NCBI GenBank assembly: GCA_025201805.1
Contig: MU619254.1
Location: 181,935 to 245,934, forward strand
DNA from: Parasitella parasitica NRRL 2501
Lineage: Eukaryota > Fungi > Mucoromycota
Direction of reading: 5' to 3'
Length of the DNA stretch: 64,000 nt
The translations under genes and the position numbers were made by a program. The notes under the pieces are model-generated. The model searched no databases. It worked only from the letters and a program-made list of their open reading frames with translations, and had not been told where the DNA came from. Below are positions 11,175 through 26,742 of the stretch, in pieces; position 1 is the first letter of the stretch, and every line of letters begins with the position of its first letter.

Positions 11175-14100
11175 ATGTGTAGGAAACTACTGTCCATAAC
11201 AATACTCTTATGGTGCACTCTAATTATATCTGTTTATGGTGAATCCAGCAAAATCAATCATGAAAAGGGCGTCTGTGTCATGCGCGGACAATGTGGAGGA
11301 AGCCTTTTTAGCCCTCTTCCCTGCGTTGATAACGCACCCGCCGTTATACCCGAAACAACATCATTCAGAAAACTACTAGTCGATACCTGCGGCGCTGAAT
11401 ACATGACAGGCCCTGCCTGCTGTGATGAAAATCAGCTAAACAGCCTCGTTACGCAAGTGAAAAAAGCAGAAACCATTATTGCTTCCTGCCCTGCTTGTTG
11501 GAAGAACTTTTTGCAGTTTTGGTGCTCATTCACCTGCTCGCCTGATCAATCCACCTTTGTCAATGTTACAGCTACTGAAACCAACGCAGACAATACCATT
11601 TCAGTAACCGGCACGGATTTCTGGGTGGGCGATAATTTTGGGCAGCAGTTTTTCGATAGCTGCAAGGACATCAAGTTCGGCTCCTCGAATGGCTATGCTA
11701 TGGATTTCATTGGAGGTGGCGCTATTGAATGGCATGGTATGCTGTCGTATATGGGTAAAAAGCGTCCAGGCTTGGGAAGCCCTTTTCAAATTGACTTTCC
11801 TGCATTAAATCAAACTCCCACCGAAGGGATAGATCGCTACAATGAAAATGGTCGGCCATGCAACGATACAGATGCTGCGTACCGCTGCGCTTGTGTTGAT
11901 TGTCAAGCTGTGTGTCCTATTTTACCATCTGCTCCGGGGGAACAGCCCGAATGTCATGTTGGATTATTACGGTGCTGGAGTTTTGCTATGCTGATCACCT
12001 ATGCAACTATCTTGGCCATGGGTGTTACTTTACTGGCTGCGAGAAACAAGCGAGTTGGCCAATGGATGCAACAATTCTTGGGCGTCCATTTAGATCGTGC
12101 AGAATCAAGAGGATTATACGAACGTTTAGCTCTGTCAGATGATCGAGACGATGAGTTGGAAGACGAGGATGGTGAGAATTTACTGGATCCTGACTATACA
12201 CCAAGCAGATACTGGCTTAATTCCCGCTTGCAAAACTGGTTCTATTACCAAGGTCTCTTCTGTGCTCGCTATCCGTGGGTTGTCATTATGACGTCGCTTG
12301 CATTTGTAGCTATCTGCTCTTCGGGATGGTCTCGCTTTTCTTTGGAAAGGAATCCTGTGAATTTGTGGGTATCTCCCTCGTCGACTGCATTAGCCCAAAA
12401 GAATCACTTTGACGACAATTTCACCCCTTTCTACCGTACATCGCAGCTCTTTTTTGTCAACGAAATCGATGAGCCCATTGCTACTGCCGACAGATTGGAA
12501 AACTTGTTTCAATTGGAGGATGAGATCAGGTCTTTCAAGTCCAATGTGTACAATAATACACTACAGGACGTTTGCTTCCATCCTAACGGAAATGCATGTA
12601 TAATCCAGTCTGTTACTGGTTATTGGCAGGGCGACATCGACAATTTTGATCGTGCCATGTGGAGAGAGACTCTGCAGCAATGTACATCTGAACCCTCCAT
12701 GTGTTTGCCTGAATTCCAGCAACCACTCAAGCCTGAAATGATTCTCGGCGGCTATAAAGACAAGGATTATCCTACTGCTAGAGCCTTTGTCGTAACGTTT
12801 GTCTTGACAAATTCTGTCAACGAGACTGAAAATGACAAATCTGAGCACTGGGAAAAGACACTACTGGCCAACATTTTGACAGGTTTGAATGATCGCCCTG
12901 AATGGAAGGGCGTCCGCATCAGTTATTCAACTGAAGTGAGTTCCAGTCAAATAATCAAGATAGTATGTGCAAATACTAATATTTTGTGTCGGGTAGAGCT
13001 CCCTGGAGAAAGAGTTGAACAAATCAAGCAATACAGACGCTGGCACCGTGATTATCAGTTACCTGGTCATGTTCATCTATGCATCTATCGCATTAGGCCG
13101 TCTTTCATCGCTTAACCCTCGCCGTCTTTTGATTGACTCCAAGTTCAGTCTTGGTGTCTGCGGCATCCTGATTGTCATTTTCTCTGTATCCACTGCAGTT
13201 GGATTATTTTCCTTTACAGGCAAAAAAACCACGCTGATCATTGCTGAAGTCATTCCATTCTTGGTGTTGGCTGTGGGTGTGGACAATATCTTTATTCTCT
13301 GTCATGAGTATGCGAGACGTGCTGAATTGGGCCAAGATGAGTCTATTGAGGAGCGTGCTGCAAAGACTTTGGGCAAAATGGGGCCTAGCATCTTGCTCAG
13401 CTCTCTTAGTGAAACTATCGCCTTTGGTCTCGGCACTCTGGTGACAATGCCAGCTGTCAGCAGCTTTGCTATCGTTGCAGCTATTGCTGTTTTCGTGGAT
13501 TTCGTCCTTCAAGTAACTTGTTTTGTGTCCTGCTTAGTACTGGATGCCTACAGAGAACAAAGTAATCGCATTGATTGTGTTCCATGTGTTCGTATCAAGG
13601 CCCCCGATGCTGTTGAAAAAGAAGGCTTTTTGCAGTCTATTGTGAAATTGTACTATGTTCCTGCCGTTTTGAATCGTACTTCTCGCTATGTCATTTGTTT
13701 TGCCTTCCTGGGTCTCTTTTGTGTTGGCCTTTCCTTAGCTCCTCAATTGCCAATGGGCCTTGACCAGCGTATTGCTTTGCCTTCTGATTCTTATCTGGTG
13801 CAGTACTTTAACGATCTGGATCAGTATTTTAACGTCGGCCCTCCTGTTTATTTTGTTGTAAAAGACGCAAACGTTACCGAGAGATCAGTGCAAAAGAAGA
13901 TTTGTGGCAAATTCCCTGGCTGCCATGAGCGTTCTTTGGCCAATGTACTGGAACAAGAGCGAAAAAGACCCAACGTGTCATATATTGGAGAACCCACTAG
14001 CGTCTGGTTTGATGATTTTATGATGTGGCTGAATCCTGCTACCGAATGCTGCAGACTGAAGAATGACCAAAGCATCTCCCGTCGGCCCTTGAGTGATCTG

Positions 14101-15256
14101 GAGAGACCTTACTATTCACGCAAATGGAAGTTATGTGGCGAATGGGATGATGAGGATGAGTGTACCTACTGCAACCCGCAGTGGGATGTCAGCATGGATT
14201 CTTTCCCTCAAGGCCAAAGTTTTTTGGACTTTTACGACCTTTGGATCGATATCCCCCCAGATGAAAGTTGTCCTCTTGGAGGCAAGGCTGCCTACGGCGA
14301 TGCTGTTGTTGCAAATCACAAAAATGTTACTGTAAATGCATCTCATTTCAGAACATTCCATACGCCGTTGAGAAATCAAGAGCAATTTATTGCAGCCTAT
14401 GCATCTGCGCAGCGTATTGCTGACAATCTCGGCAAGGAATTGGGATTGGAAGTGTATCCTTACTCTGTATTCTACATCTTCTTTGAGCAGTACACTTATA
14501 TCGTGGCCATGGCTTTCCAGATCCTTGGGTTGGCCATCTTGTCTATCTTTGTTGTCACTAGCTCTCTTTTAGGCAGTATCCGCTGTGGTTTGATCGTAAT
14601 GAGTGTCGTTATTATGATTCTAGTGGATGTTATTGGTGTTATGACTTTGTGGGGCGTTAGTTTGAATGCTGTGAGTCTTGTGAATCTTGTTATTTGTGTG
14701 GGTATAAGTGTTGAATTTTGTTGCCACATTGCCCGTGGTTTTATGGTTGCCAGTGGAAGCCAAGAGGAAAGAGCTGGTAAGAGTATGGTTGATGTTGGTA
14801 GCTCTGTATTCTGTGGGATTACCTTGACCAAATTTGCTGGCATCATTGTGTTGGCATTTACTCGGTCCAAGATCTTTGAAGTGTACTACTTTAGAATGTG
14901 TATGTGTATGAATATATGTCATATACTTACAACTGTGCTCACAAGTCTTTTTTTTTTTTTTTAAAAAAAAAATAGACCTTTCTATTGTCGTCTTGGGCGC
15001 TTTGCATGGTCTTGTATTATTGCCGGCTCTCCTTGCCATGTTTGGTGGGGAAGGGATGGCTCTAATGACTGAATTTGATGAGGATGGTTTTGCCTGGTCA
15101 ACTGGACATGACTGGAGAGGATTAGGTAGAAATAACAATAGTTTGTTGATTGACGATAATGAAAGCTCGGATCAGGTTTTGATTACTGATATGCCTGATG
15201 AAGACCAGCAACGATCAACGGAATACAGTCCCTCAAATAGAATGACCGTTGAGTAA
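11175..15256 (+). CDS. NCR1: Niemann-Pick C1-like sterol transporter (NPC1/Ncr1)
   Basis: signal peptide, Cys-rich N-terminal domain (CPACWKNFLQFWCSFTCSPDQS), sterol-sensing domain (EVIPFLVLAVGVDNIFI), GISVEFCCHIAR; introns about 12936-12996 and 14899-14974. Confidence 0.96.
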
Positions 15257-16126
15257 CATCTATCATCATACTAGTAGCTTGATTAAAATAAACTACACTG
15301 TGCTTTGGATTTAAACAGACAACACTATAATTGATGTTCAATAGTAACACAACGTATATGCCACGTAGTTGGTGGCAATGTTTAGAAGGGCAATGGCAAA
15401 GGATCTATACATGCAATGTTCACATTTGAAGCACAAATACTACTACAACAACAGTAACGAAATCTGTGGATATTGACCTTATCAACAATTGTTGTCCGAA
15501 TAGGCCGTGGTCGATGCACACAATCAACGGTGATCTACCCTCTTTAACCTCAGTTCTCAGTTGGTTTTGAAAATACCGTACTTTCCGTGATGAAGTGGTG
15601 TATTGTAAAGTGGTTCGCCGTCCAAGGTAGCGTTCTATTTGATAGAAAGTCTTTTTGAGGAGCTTCATACAATCAAGTTTCTCAGCGGTGGCATGCACAC
15701 TGGTCACAGCCTGAACATCTCTTGACGCTTGGCCTTGTAAAGATGAGCCCGCAAGAGCTTTAGTCTCGATAGATTGAGGGGAGATGGTCATAAATTAACA
15801 GTCTTCAAGCTTCCTCCGAGCAATTTCCATAAGAACTAGGAAAAATTGAACAAACTCCCTTTTCTCCTTTTTCATCTTCATTTATACATTTAAAGAAAGA
15901 AAGAAAGAAAAGACAAAATAAATAAAAAATAAAGAAAAAAAAAAAAACGAAAAAAAGACATAAAATAGGTTTCTTCTTCATAGCATATTGAATAAGCAAA
16001 CTTAAACTTGAACTCATATCACAATCTCTTTATATAATCACACATACAAACCAAACCAAATTACCTACCAAACCACACACCCACACATTCATTCGCTCAC
16101 ACTCTCGCCTACCTCTGTAAACAACC

Positions 16127-18304
<2,178 letters not shown>

Positions 18305-18405
18305 GGTTACATCTTTTAAATAAAATTTACCCGTACATATACAACAACTGTTCAAAGTCGCACTATTATTGGTTTATTTGGTATTTAAAAAAAAAATGAC
18401 TACTG

Positions 18406-19819
18406 CTAGTCTCTGTATCGTTGTTGTCTCTGTGATCTCTCTGATTTTTCTCTGTAATGCTCTGCTAGGTGTGTATTGTTATTTCGCTTGTGTCTCTGGT
18501 ATTCGCGAGTGCTGTAGTCTTGTTCAAGGGTCCTGCTATAAGGTGAATGACGGTATGATGTACTCGAATTCTCAATCCTGCGGTAAGGATTTTGCCTGCT
18601 GTCATTTCTTTTGTAATCGGCAAAAGACTGTCGATCCTCACCCGCTTTGTGTGCAATGTTATCATGGCGACGTTGAAACCCTTTGTTTTTCGCGGCAGGA
18701 GCACCTGTATCAATCCATGTCTGTAACAACTTGAACCGAGTTCCTTCTCTTCGCCGATCCCTATAGTGGTGGGACTCTACTCTAATGATCGACGATAAAA
18801 TTGACTCATTCTTTGAGCTGGATGCAATACGTCTGCGAAGATTTTCAAATGCCTTTCCAAATATAAGCTGAACTGTCTCAAATCGCAATGTGCTGCGGGC
18901 TACATTGACATCTAATTAAAGAGATTTTTAATTTGTATTCAAACAGGTATAATGCTGTAATGTGAATCAAACCTTTTACATCAGGATCAACAATTGTCAG
19001 TTTCCCGGTTTTTGTCTCCAGTGGAATAGGGCATTCGCTTTTTGAGAGATAAGCGCCACCACCCGTCAACGAGATGGCCTTTGTAGTACTCGGGAATTGA
19101 GAATAGAAATCAAGGAACCCTATCAATAGAGTGCCATAGTACGAAGGATCTGTCGGCTTTACTTTATCATTTACCTGCAACTAATAAAACAACAAAACTG
19201 TTTATTAAGCTTTTCAACATGCATCCAAGCCTGCGCTTACCTGAAGATAACTGACAATCATACATATTAGCGAGTAGCTGGCGAGCCCTGCAGTTTTAGC
19301 CGACAGAGGCTCAAATACCGGCAGACTAGACACACGATAGTTTGATATAGATTGCTTTAATATCAGAAACAGCTGTTTTAACGCTGGATATTCCGTGATC
19401 CATGCCGCTGTTCTGTCAGAACTGAAGCATTGATTCTGTACAGTGATGTCGATAGAAACGCCATTATCGTCTGTACCCATCAGCACAGGCACCTTGGCAT
19501 TTGCAGCAAGTCGTGTATTGTTAAATGTGAACAGGCGATGCGAAACAGCTTTTTTACGGATAATCTTGAGCACATCAATCCTGTTATTTTTAGGCATTTC
19601 ATCGAAATCAATGTTGATGTCAATATCGCTCGCTGGGAATTGCAATCCTGTAACGCTGGATCCAAACGCAGTAATCACAGAGTTGTTGGGCCATAGTGAG
19701 TCAACCAATTGAGTGATGCTGTAAAGCATTGTGTCTCGATTAAGTTTTTCGGTTCGGGTTGGTTTAATGTAATCTGCAAAGTCGACTATTTCTTTTGACA
19801 ATCTTTGGAGGTTTTTTTT

Positions 19820-19850
<31 letters not shown>

Positions 19851-19950
19851 TTTTCAGAAAGACGATATGGCTTTTATTGCTAGCTGGAGCTTACCTGATG
19901 AGCCGGTCTTTGGTCCCGAGAGTCTCTTTGCTACTCCATGGCGCATCCAT
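18406..19950 (-). CDS. non-canonical poly(A)/terminal nucleotidyltransferase, Trf4/PAPD5-like
   Basis: FGSSVTGLQFPASDIDINI (GS...DxD), AKVPVL, IDITV, GLASYSLICMIVSYLQ, LTIVDP...NVARS; first exon MDAPWSSKETL at 19950. Confidence 0.85.
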
Positions 19951-20421
19951 ATTTTTTCAGTTGATGAAATGTAGAGCTAAAAGCTTTTTTTTTTCTCAGA
20001 AAAAAAAATTTGCTTTAAATCAGCCAAACTTTCTATTGGCCAAACGAACCGAATTGCACTGGGATCGACAACGTTAGGTCTCAAACTTGCGATTCTTGTG
20101 CATTCAAAAAGGCACTCATATGAGCGCCATACACGCTTTATAATAGTTTTTCGCATATCAAACTTATTTGCTTTTTTTTTTTTTCAGAGTAAAACGATGC
20201 CGTGCAACAGGGAGATCAGAAAAACTGCTAAATAGGTGTGGCAATCCAGTGCAACCATGCTAATCATCCAGAAATACACACATGCACAAGGGCTTCATAT
20301 TTATTGTTGTCAAGCAGAAGGGAATATATAATAGTATCTATGTGCAAGTATGGCAAAGGTAAATTACATTCTAAATACAAAGTGGGGGAGGGGGGGGGTT
20401 GATATCTACACAGTAAAGAGT

Positions 20422-22092
20422 TTAGGTGGTGATTTTTTTCTTTGATTTTGGCGGCAAGTGCATTAAAAGCATCTGTTTTCGAGGCACTTTGCCAGCTAAA
20501 AGAGACAGTGAGTTGGATTTTCAGTGTACTAACGTAAACAAATACATACCAGCTTTCTTAAGCTTACGATTATCCTTGCATGACTCACTGCAATACCAAT
20601 AAATGGAATCAACAGCCTGATTAACTGTATTCAACGACTTGTGACATTGTTGATGGTACGCACGAGAACATACACCTTGACAACAAATCAACCGATTGCT
20701 AGGGGCTTTTTCTTTATCGGTTTGTTCCGGGAACTGGCAAACAGTGCAAAACTCCTGAATAACAGGTAAAACACGGTCTTCTAGTCTTTCGTTTGCAAAC
20801 ATCGATAGATCCAGTCGAGGCACACGGGTTGCAAGGCCATAGCCCTTGTAATCACATCCGTGTTTACTAGAAGAAATTCCCTTGTTAATATACAACATAC
20901 TGCCTGAAGATGAAAGTTATCCTTACTTGCAAAGCGTGCGTTTTCCCCAAGGTCCAGGTCTCCAACTGACGCCTTTTCTAGTTCCACAATATCTACACCA
21001 GTCAATGTTGGAGTCTGTCAATTGCTGAAACATTGTTCTGCTCTCTCTCTCTTCATCGCTTGCAACAGCTTCTAATAGCTGGTCCACGCTATGCGTCTCT
21101 TTGTTTTGTTCCACAACATCATGTTGTGTTTTAGCGATGACTGATTGCTGGAGTAGCCCAACATCCTGAGGATCAGATAAGATCTTTTTCTTGAGTATTT
21201 TCTTGGTAATAGTAGCGGTAGCGACAGTGGGGGTGGTGGCTCTTTTCTTCCTTCCACGCTTTTGACGATGCGCTGCTTTGGGCGTTTTCCTTGACTGATC
21301 CTGCGTGCTACGATTGCGCTTTTTTGAACTGTTAGATGCCGGGTGTTGTGATGTTACGTAAGCCTCCATATCACTCTCACTGCTAAGGCTGCTGAGGCTC
21401 ATATGATCATCATTATCATCACCATCACAGAAAACATCCAAAAGTTTCGACCAGTGGATATCCTCTCTAGCTGATAAGCGACACACTGGCTGATTCAGCA
21501 TCGCAGACGAGGAGTCTTCGCAATTCCTGCCCTGGCCATGATTACCCAACATTGTCGTTTCGTCAGTTCCGATGATGCTGCCTTCAAACAATGGCTCATG
21601 GTTGTACAAGAACTTGGTGGGCGAGGTGACAGGAGACAAACGGGGCGATCTTGGGAGCTTTTCGCCGCCGTGCTGAGAAGAGGATAACGAAGAGCGGCTA
21701 CTGAGAGAAACATTGTCTTCTATTTCTGTGTAAAAAACTGAGGGCTGAGCCAAAAATACGTCGTCCTTGATTACGCTGTGCTGGAGGTGGAATGGCATAT
21801 TAGGATGATACGAGGAATCGAACATCGGAGCTGCTGCGAAACTAGAAATTCCCAATCTTGGTGTGTTTACTGCTAACAATGCTGCTGCAGAATTGCCCTC
21901 GTGATACAGATCCTGTGATAAGTTTCCAATAAGCTGTGGACTGTTGGTTGAGTCCAGTTGCTCCTGCTGCTGTTGTACCAGGCTGTCCCAGAAATTGTTT
22001 GTGAAGCTTATTGATGGGGGAGGCATCAAGTCAGTAAAGGACTGTGAGCGAACAGTTGGAAAAAAGTCGTAATTAACTGATGTCTTGTCCAT
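20422..22092 (-). CDS. GATA-like zinc finger plus PHD finger protein
   Basis: spliced CRYCGTRKGVSWRPGPWGKRTLCNKHGC; PHD-like CTVC...LICCQGVCSRAYHQQCH...WYCSESC; 2 introns. Confidence 0.8.
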
Positions 22093-24885
22093 AATGTCTG
22101 GTGAATATTTAGGGCCTTTTTTTTTAAAAATATATATATGAAATGGAAGAGAAAAAGAGAAGGTGTAAGACTAGGTCATTTAGCTTTTTATTTATGAACT
22201 AACATTTAGAATGATTGTTGGCTTAAAAAAAAGGGGGGGATGGTGTGTGTGTGGGTGTGGGTGTGGGTGAGAGACACAACGATGCTAATCAGTTTCCGCC
22301 ACTAGCATTTCTTAATTCGGATTGCACCCGTGCTGTTGCGCATATTCTTTGTTTCCTTTTAAACAACATGATGAGCAAGTAGAATGAAGCATTGACTTAC
22401 CGATTTCAAACAAATACAGATGGCCATTATCACCACAAATGCTTGACTAGTTGATGCTAATGACTGCATTAACTATCAAGCGACTCGGACAACCTTCAAC
22501 ATGACATCCATGAGCCCATCTTTTGGACGTAAAACAACAAAATCAGCCTTTACTACTATATATCTTCAATCGCTCTCGCCGTAACAGACCAATCACTTGA
22601 CGGAGTTGTCCCTTTTTATAGGAGACATTGGTCACAGGTTGGGCTTTTTCATGTTATACCTTTAGAGCAAGGATTCCCTTTGAATGTGGTAGTGCGTAAA
22701 TTAAGCGTTGTTATACGTCTCTGTTAATCCAGGACTATATTAATCAATTTAATTTCTTTCCTTTATCATGCAGCGTAACCCACAAACTGGTAGGGTGAGG
22801 GTATTTTGATTTGCTGAAAGCTTCCATTGCAAACTGTATCATATCTCGATTGCTCTCTGAACCTTTCAAGGCACATTGAGCTGGTTATAACCTTGAATCA
22901 TGCGGAGACTATTTATATATAAAGCCTACTTGATCACTTGATCAGCATAATATAAGGGTGATTACAGCACCTATAATTTAAAAGGTACCTTTGAGGTAAA
23001 TGAATGACGCCAACGATCGAGTAAAATACACGGAGTAAAATTTCCTGCTATAGAGAAACGACAGACCAGCCACACCAACAACTGCATCACACATGGCGAC
23101 ATTGTCCAAGTCTGAACTACTGAACATCATGAGTCTTATCTTAGCAAATCTCCAAAGTTTTGGTTCTCCTCTGTTTCTCAAGTTGATCTTTATTAAGCTT
23201 TCATGCACACCTTCTGACATTCACATGAATTTGATTAATACATAGATTAATGGCGACTCGATTGACTACTAATTGACAAAGCTACATTAACATCAAAGTT
23301 CTTTACACTACCTATCTGACAAATCGGGTAGAATACTTGACATAGATGCATTGCAGAACCAACAAAATCACCTTGGTTGAAACAAAATCTTGATTCTCTT
23401 GTTTCCAATCCTCAGTATTTCCTTCCTCAGCTTCAATTGGAGATTGAAGCATGCCACTCTGATCGTCCATAGCATCCTGGCAGAACAAAATGCTCAGAGT
23501 GCGCATTCATTAAACATCATCGGCGCCAGGTCGATGATGACAAAACCTCCAGCAGATAATTTACTATGCTAATGTAGATAATGTGACATCTCTATGGCAC
23601 CTTTACTTTTGCTATTATGGTGTAAAGAAACAGTGTAAAGAGAAGGCAGTGTCTGATCCATGCATAACTTCTACTAAAGAAGCCACCTATCTAATATTAT
23701 ATATATATATATATACTTCATCCTCATACATTGGAACCAGTTTCACCTGAGAACCCTAATCTATACATAAATAGTTGACTACAAAAAATGTACATGAATG
23801 TCCATACCTTTACATAAAGAACAAACCAAGTCATGCTTTATACTTGTCTGATACCGCCATGATCAGAGTTGATTGATATATACTTTATATCCCCAATAAA
23901 CTATTGATATGTTTGGACTTTGCCATATAAAAATCAGGAAAAACCTTTAAAAAGTGATGTATTGGATATTGAATGTTTTGTTCCTTGAATCACCGTTGAT
24001 TTCACGATAAATGGCACAAGTCGCTTACAAAGAACCTCAATGGAACGAAGAACTGTAAAGTGTGTATCATGATGTCGATTTGAAAATAGTTTTTCTTGAT
24101 TTAATAACTGTTCGAACCGCTTTAAATTAAAAGATGCTTCACGCAGCAAGTGGTATATAGAATTTAGTTGTTATAGCCAACAGCCTGCTGTAACAAAAAA
24201 TTAATTAGCATGTCGCTTATTTTTGATTGTTGAATGGGTAATTTTACGTGCTACCTTATAACAAAACAATCGATTGACAACGTAGATGTTATAGTAAGGT
24301 TGAAAAATACTCGGTATTCATCTTACCACGCCCTCGCTGTCAGAAACTGCAAATGTGATTTTTTACTATCATGAATCTTTTTCCTCAATCCCCGCTGCTG
24401 CTCTATTTGTATATGCTACGGAAGTTGTTCCTTCCCTAATCTCTATATACACGATTATGAGGGCTGAAATTAACGAATTTCACAAGCTTCTTTGCTTGTT
24501 TTTTTTTTCTTTCTTCTTTATATAATGAAAATATGATGCACTACTTGAAAATAATAGCCCAGATGTTCACCAAAGATAATTAGAGTGGCAGTGAAAGGAC
24601 CACACATGAACGAACAAACTCTATAAGGTTAAAGGAGAGGCAACAAGTTATTTATAGAATTTTTGCCTCACACTTTCGCGTTACACATCCAGGATTTTCA
24701 CAAATAGACTTTTGACCCCGGAATCAAATGGGTTTATGCTCCTACATTCATATGAATAATATATATCATTAAAACTTGATACTGCAAACATGGCATCTGA
24801 TTACAAAGATAACAAATGCATGTATACATGCACAACCAAAACACATACACAAACAGAATAAATATATTTAGATAACAGTGTACTT

Positions 24886-24980
24886 NNNNNNNNNNNNNNN
24901 NNNNNNNNNNNNNNNNNNNNNNNNNNNNNNNNNNNNNNNNNNNNNNNNNNNNNNNNNNNNNNNNNNNNNNNNNNNNNNNN
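24886..24980. other. assembly gap (N run)
   Basis: N run. Confidence 0.99.
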
Positions 24981-24988
24981 AGAATAAC

Positions 24989-26539
24989 CTAATGGTAGTT
25001 ATTCCAATCGATTGAAGCTTTTTCAGAAAGACCCAAGTAAAACTCGACGTGTGTGTCTGTGGGATATCTAATCACACTTCGTATAGCTTGACCTAATGGG
25101 AAAATCCTTTCTCGTTTCAAATCAGAAATAACGACCCTTTTTCCAGGTGGAGGCGATCCAGCAAAATCAATTTCCGACAGCAAATCTCGAAATGTGTATG
25201 AATCTGTAATGGCTAAATTTCTTATATAATATACTTGTTGTTGCTCGTCATTGTTGTTCAATGATGGCGAGCTCTTCAAAGAGACGGTTTCTATCACTTT
25301 GGAGTATGTGGGTGGTATCATGGACCTTGCTGAATTATACGAAGGTGTCACATGCAGTTGCTGTTGTAGTGTTGAAGATAATGATGATAAAGATGGTGTG
25401 CGTAAATGAAGCGGTGGCAATTGTGAGGAGAAGCTATGGTTTGGACGAGCGACTTGTTGCTGCGAGGACGGAGGCGCCTGTGGAGGAGGGTGTTGATGAT
25501 GCAGATGATGATGGTGATGCGGATGCTGGCCGTGGTTGTTGTTTGAATATAATAAGGGTGTTGATGCGCTTGCGCTAGGCGGTTTAGACATTGTAGTTGT
25601 CCGTTTTCTCTTGACGGATGTTGAGGAGGTCATCATGGAAAAGTCAGGTGTTTCAGCCATAGGCTCATGTCGATTGTTGCTGTTGTTGTATTGTTGCTGG
25701 AACGATATTTCACGTACCTTTTGAGCCAAAGCGCCGCCAGCTACCACATTATTGTAGTAGTTGGGCGAAGGCTGAGGTAATAGTGGATAGGAGTCCACCG
25801 ATGAGGATCTGTGAACGTCTTCCATCATTGTGCCGTTGGAATCAGCAGGCGAGGGCGGAGCTTGTTGTTGGCTCATGTTACGCTGATGCCTCTTCTTGGC
25901 ACGGTAAAGGGTACTTGAATGTGCCTTGCAAAGTGATACCTCTGTCAAGTCATTCAAGCCAACTATATGGTGCTCCCTATCTCTGTAGATGCTGTGTGTA
26001 AATTCATCCAACCACTTTAATGTAAATTCATAGTCATCCCTGTCCTGAGGTGATAATTTTTTCGCCCTGGAATCAAGACCTCCCTCTGGCAGATTCTTGC
26101 CACGACGCGGTTGGGCCTCTGAGCATTGACAATTTGCGCCATAATACTAAACCAATGCAATGAATAAAGCCAGAACGGAATATTGGAGGAGGGGCGGGGG
26201 AGGGGAGGGGGAGGGGGAGAAAGATATATATAAATTTATATATAAAACTTACGTTGGAGCAGGTGAAACAAATCGCACATACAATGCACGCATTCTACAG
26301 CGAAATAAAAAAAAAGAAAAAGACAAAAAGGTCAGAGGTACGGATTAAACACTGATAACGGGGCATCCTACTTTTCTGGCTAGTAGCGGCTGTTGCTGTG
26401 GATCATTAGAGCGTGTGTTTGGCATGGGAGAAGAAGGTTGCTGCCGCTGTTTCTCTTGCTGCTCCATCTTGAGGTGATGGCGATGGAGTGGGAGTTCGGT
26501 TACCACTTGAGCCAACTGAAATAAGTTATTTTCAGCCAT
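24989..26539 (-). CDS. uncharacterised protein with N-terminal Cys cluster and low-complexity middle; probable transcription regulator
   Basis: three exons join in phase 0: MAENNLF...LLARK | NACIVCAICFTCSN | YYGANCQCSEAQPRRGKN...LCKAHSSTLYRAKKR. Confidence 0.75.
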
Positions 26540-26742
26540 TATGATAGTTTTAAGGAGTAAAAAGGAAAAGGAAGGAAAAGAAAAAAGTATTATTATTATA
26601 TACAGTTGGAATCAAGGGGTGGCCCTTTATTTTTTTTTATTTTTTTTATGCTTTTGTGTATACATTTTTATATTGTGCTCCACTTGAAAACGAATGCAGT
26701 AAGCTATAATTGGCAGTGTTTCATCTACGTGAATTATGTGGG

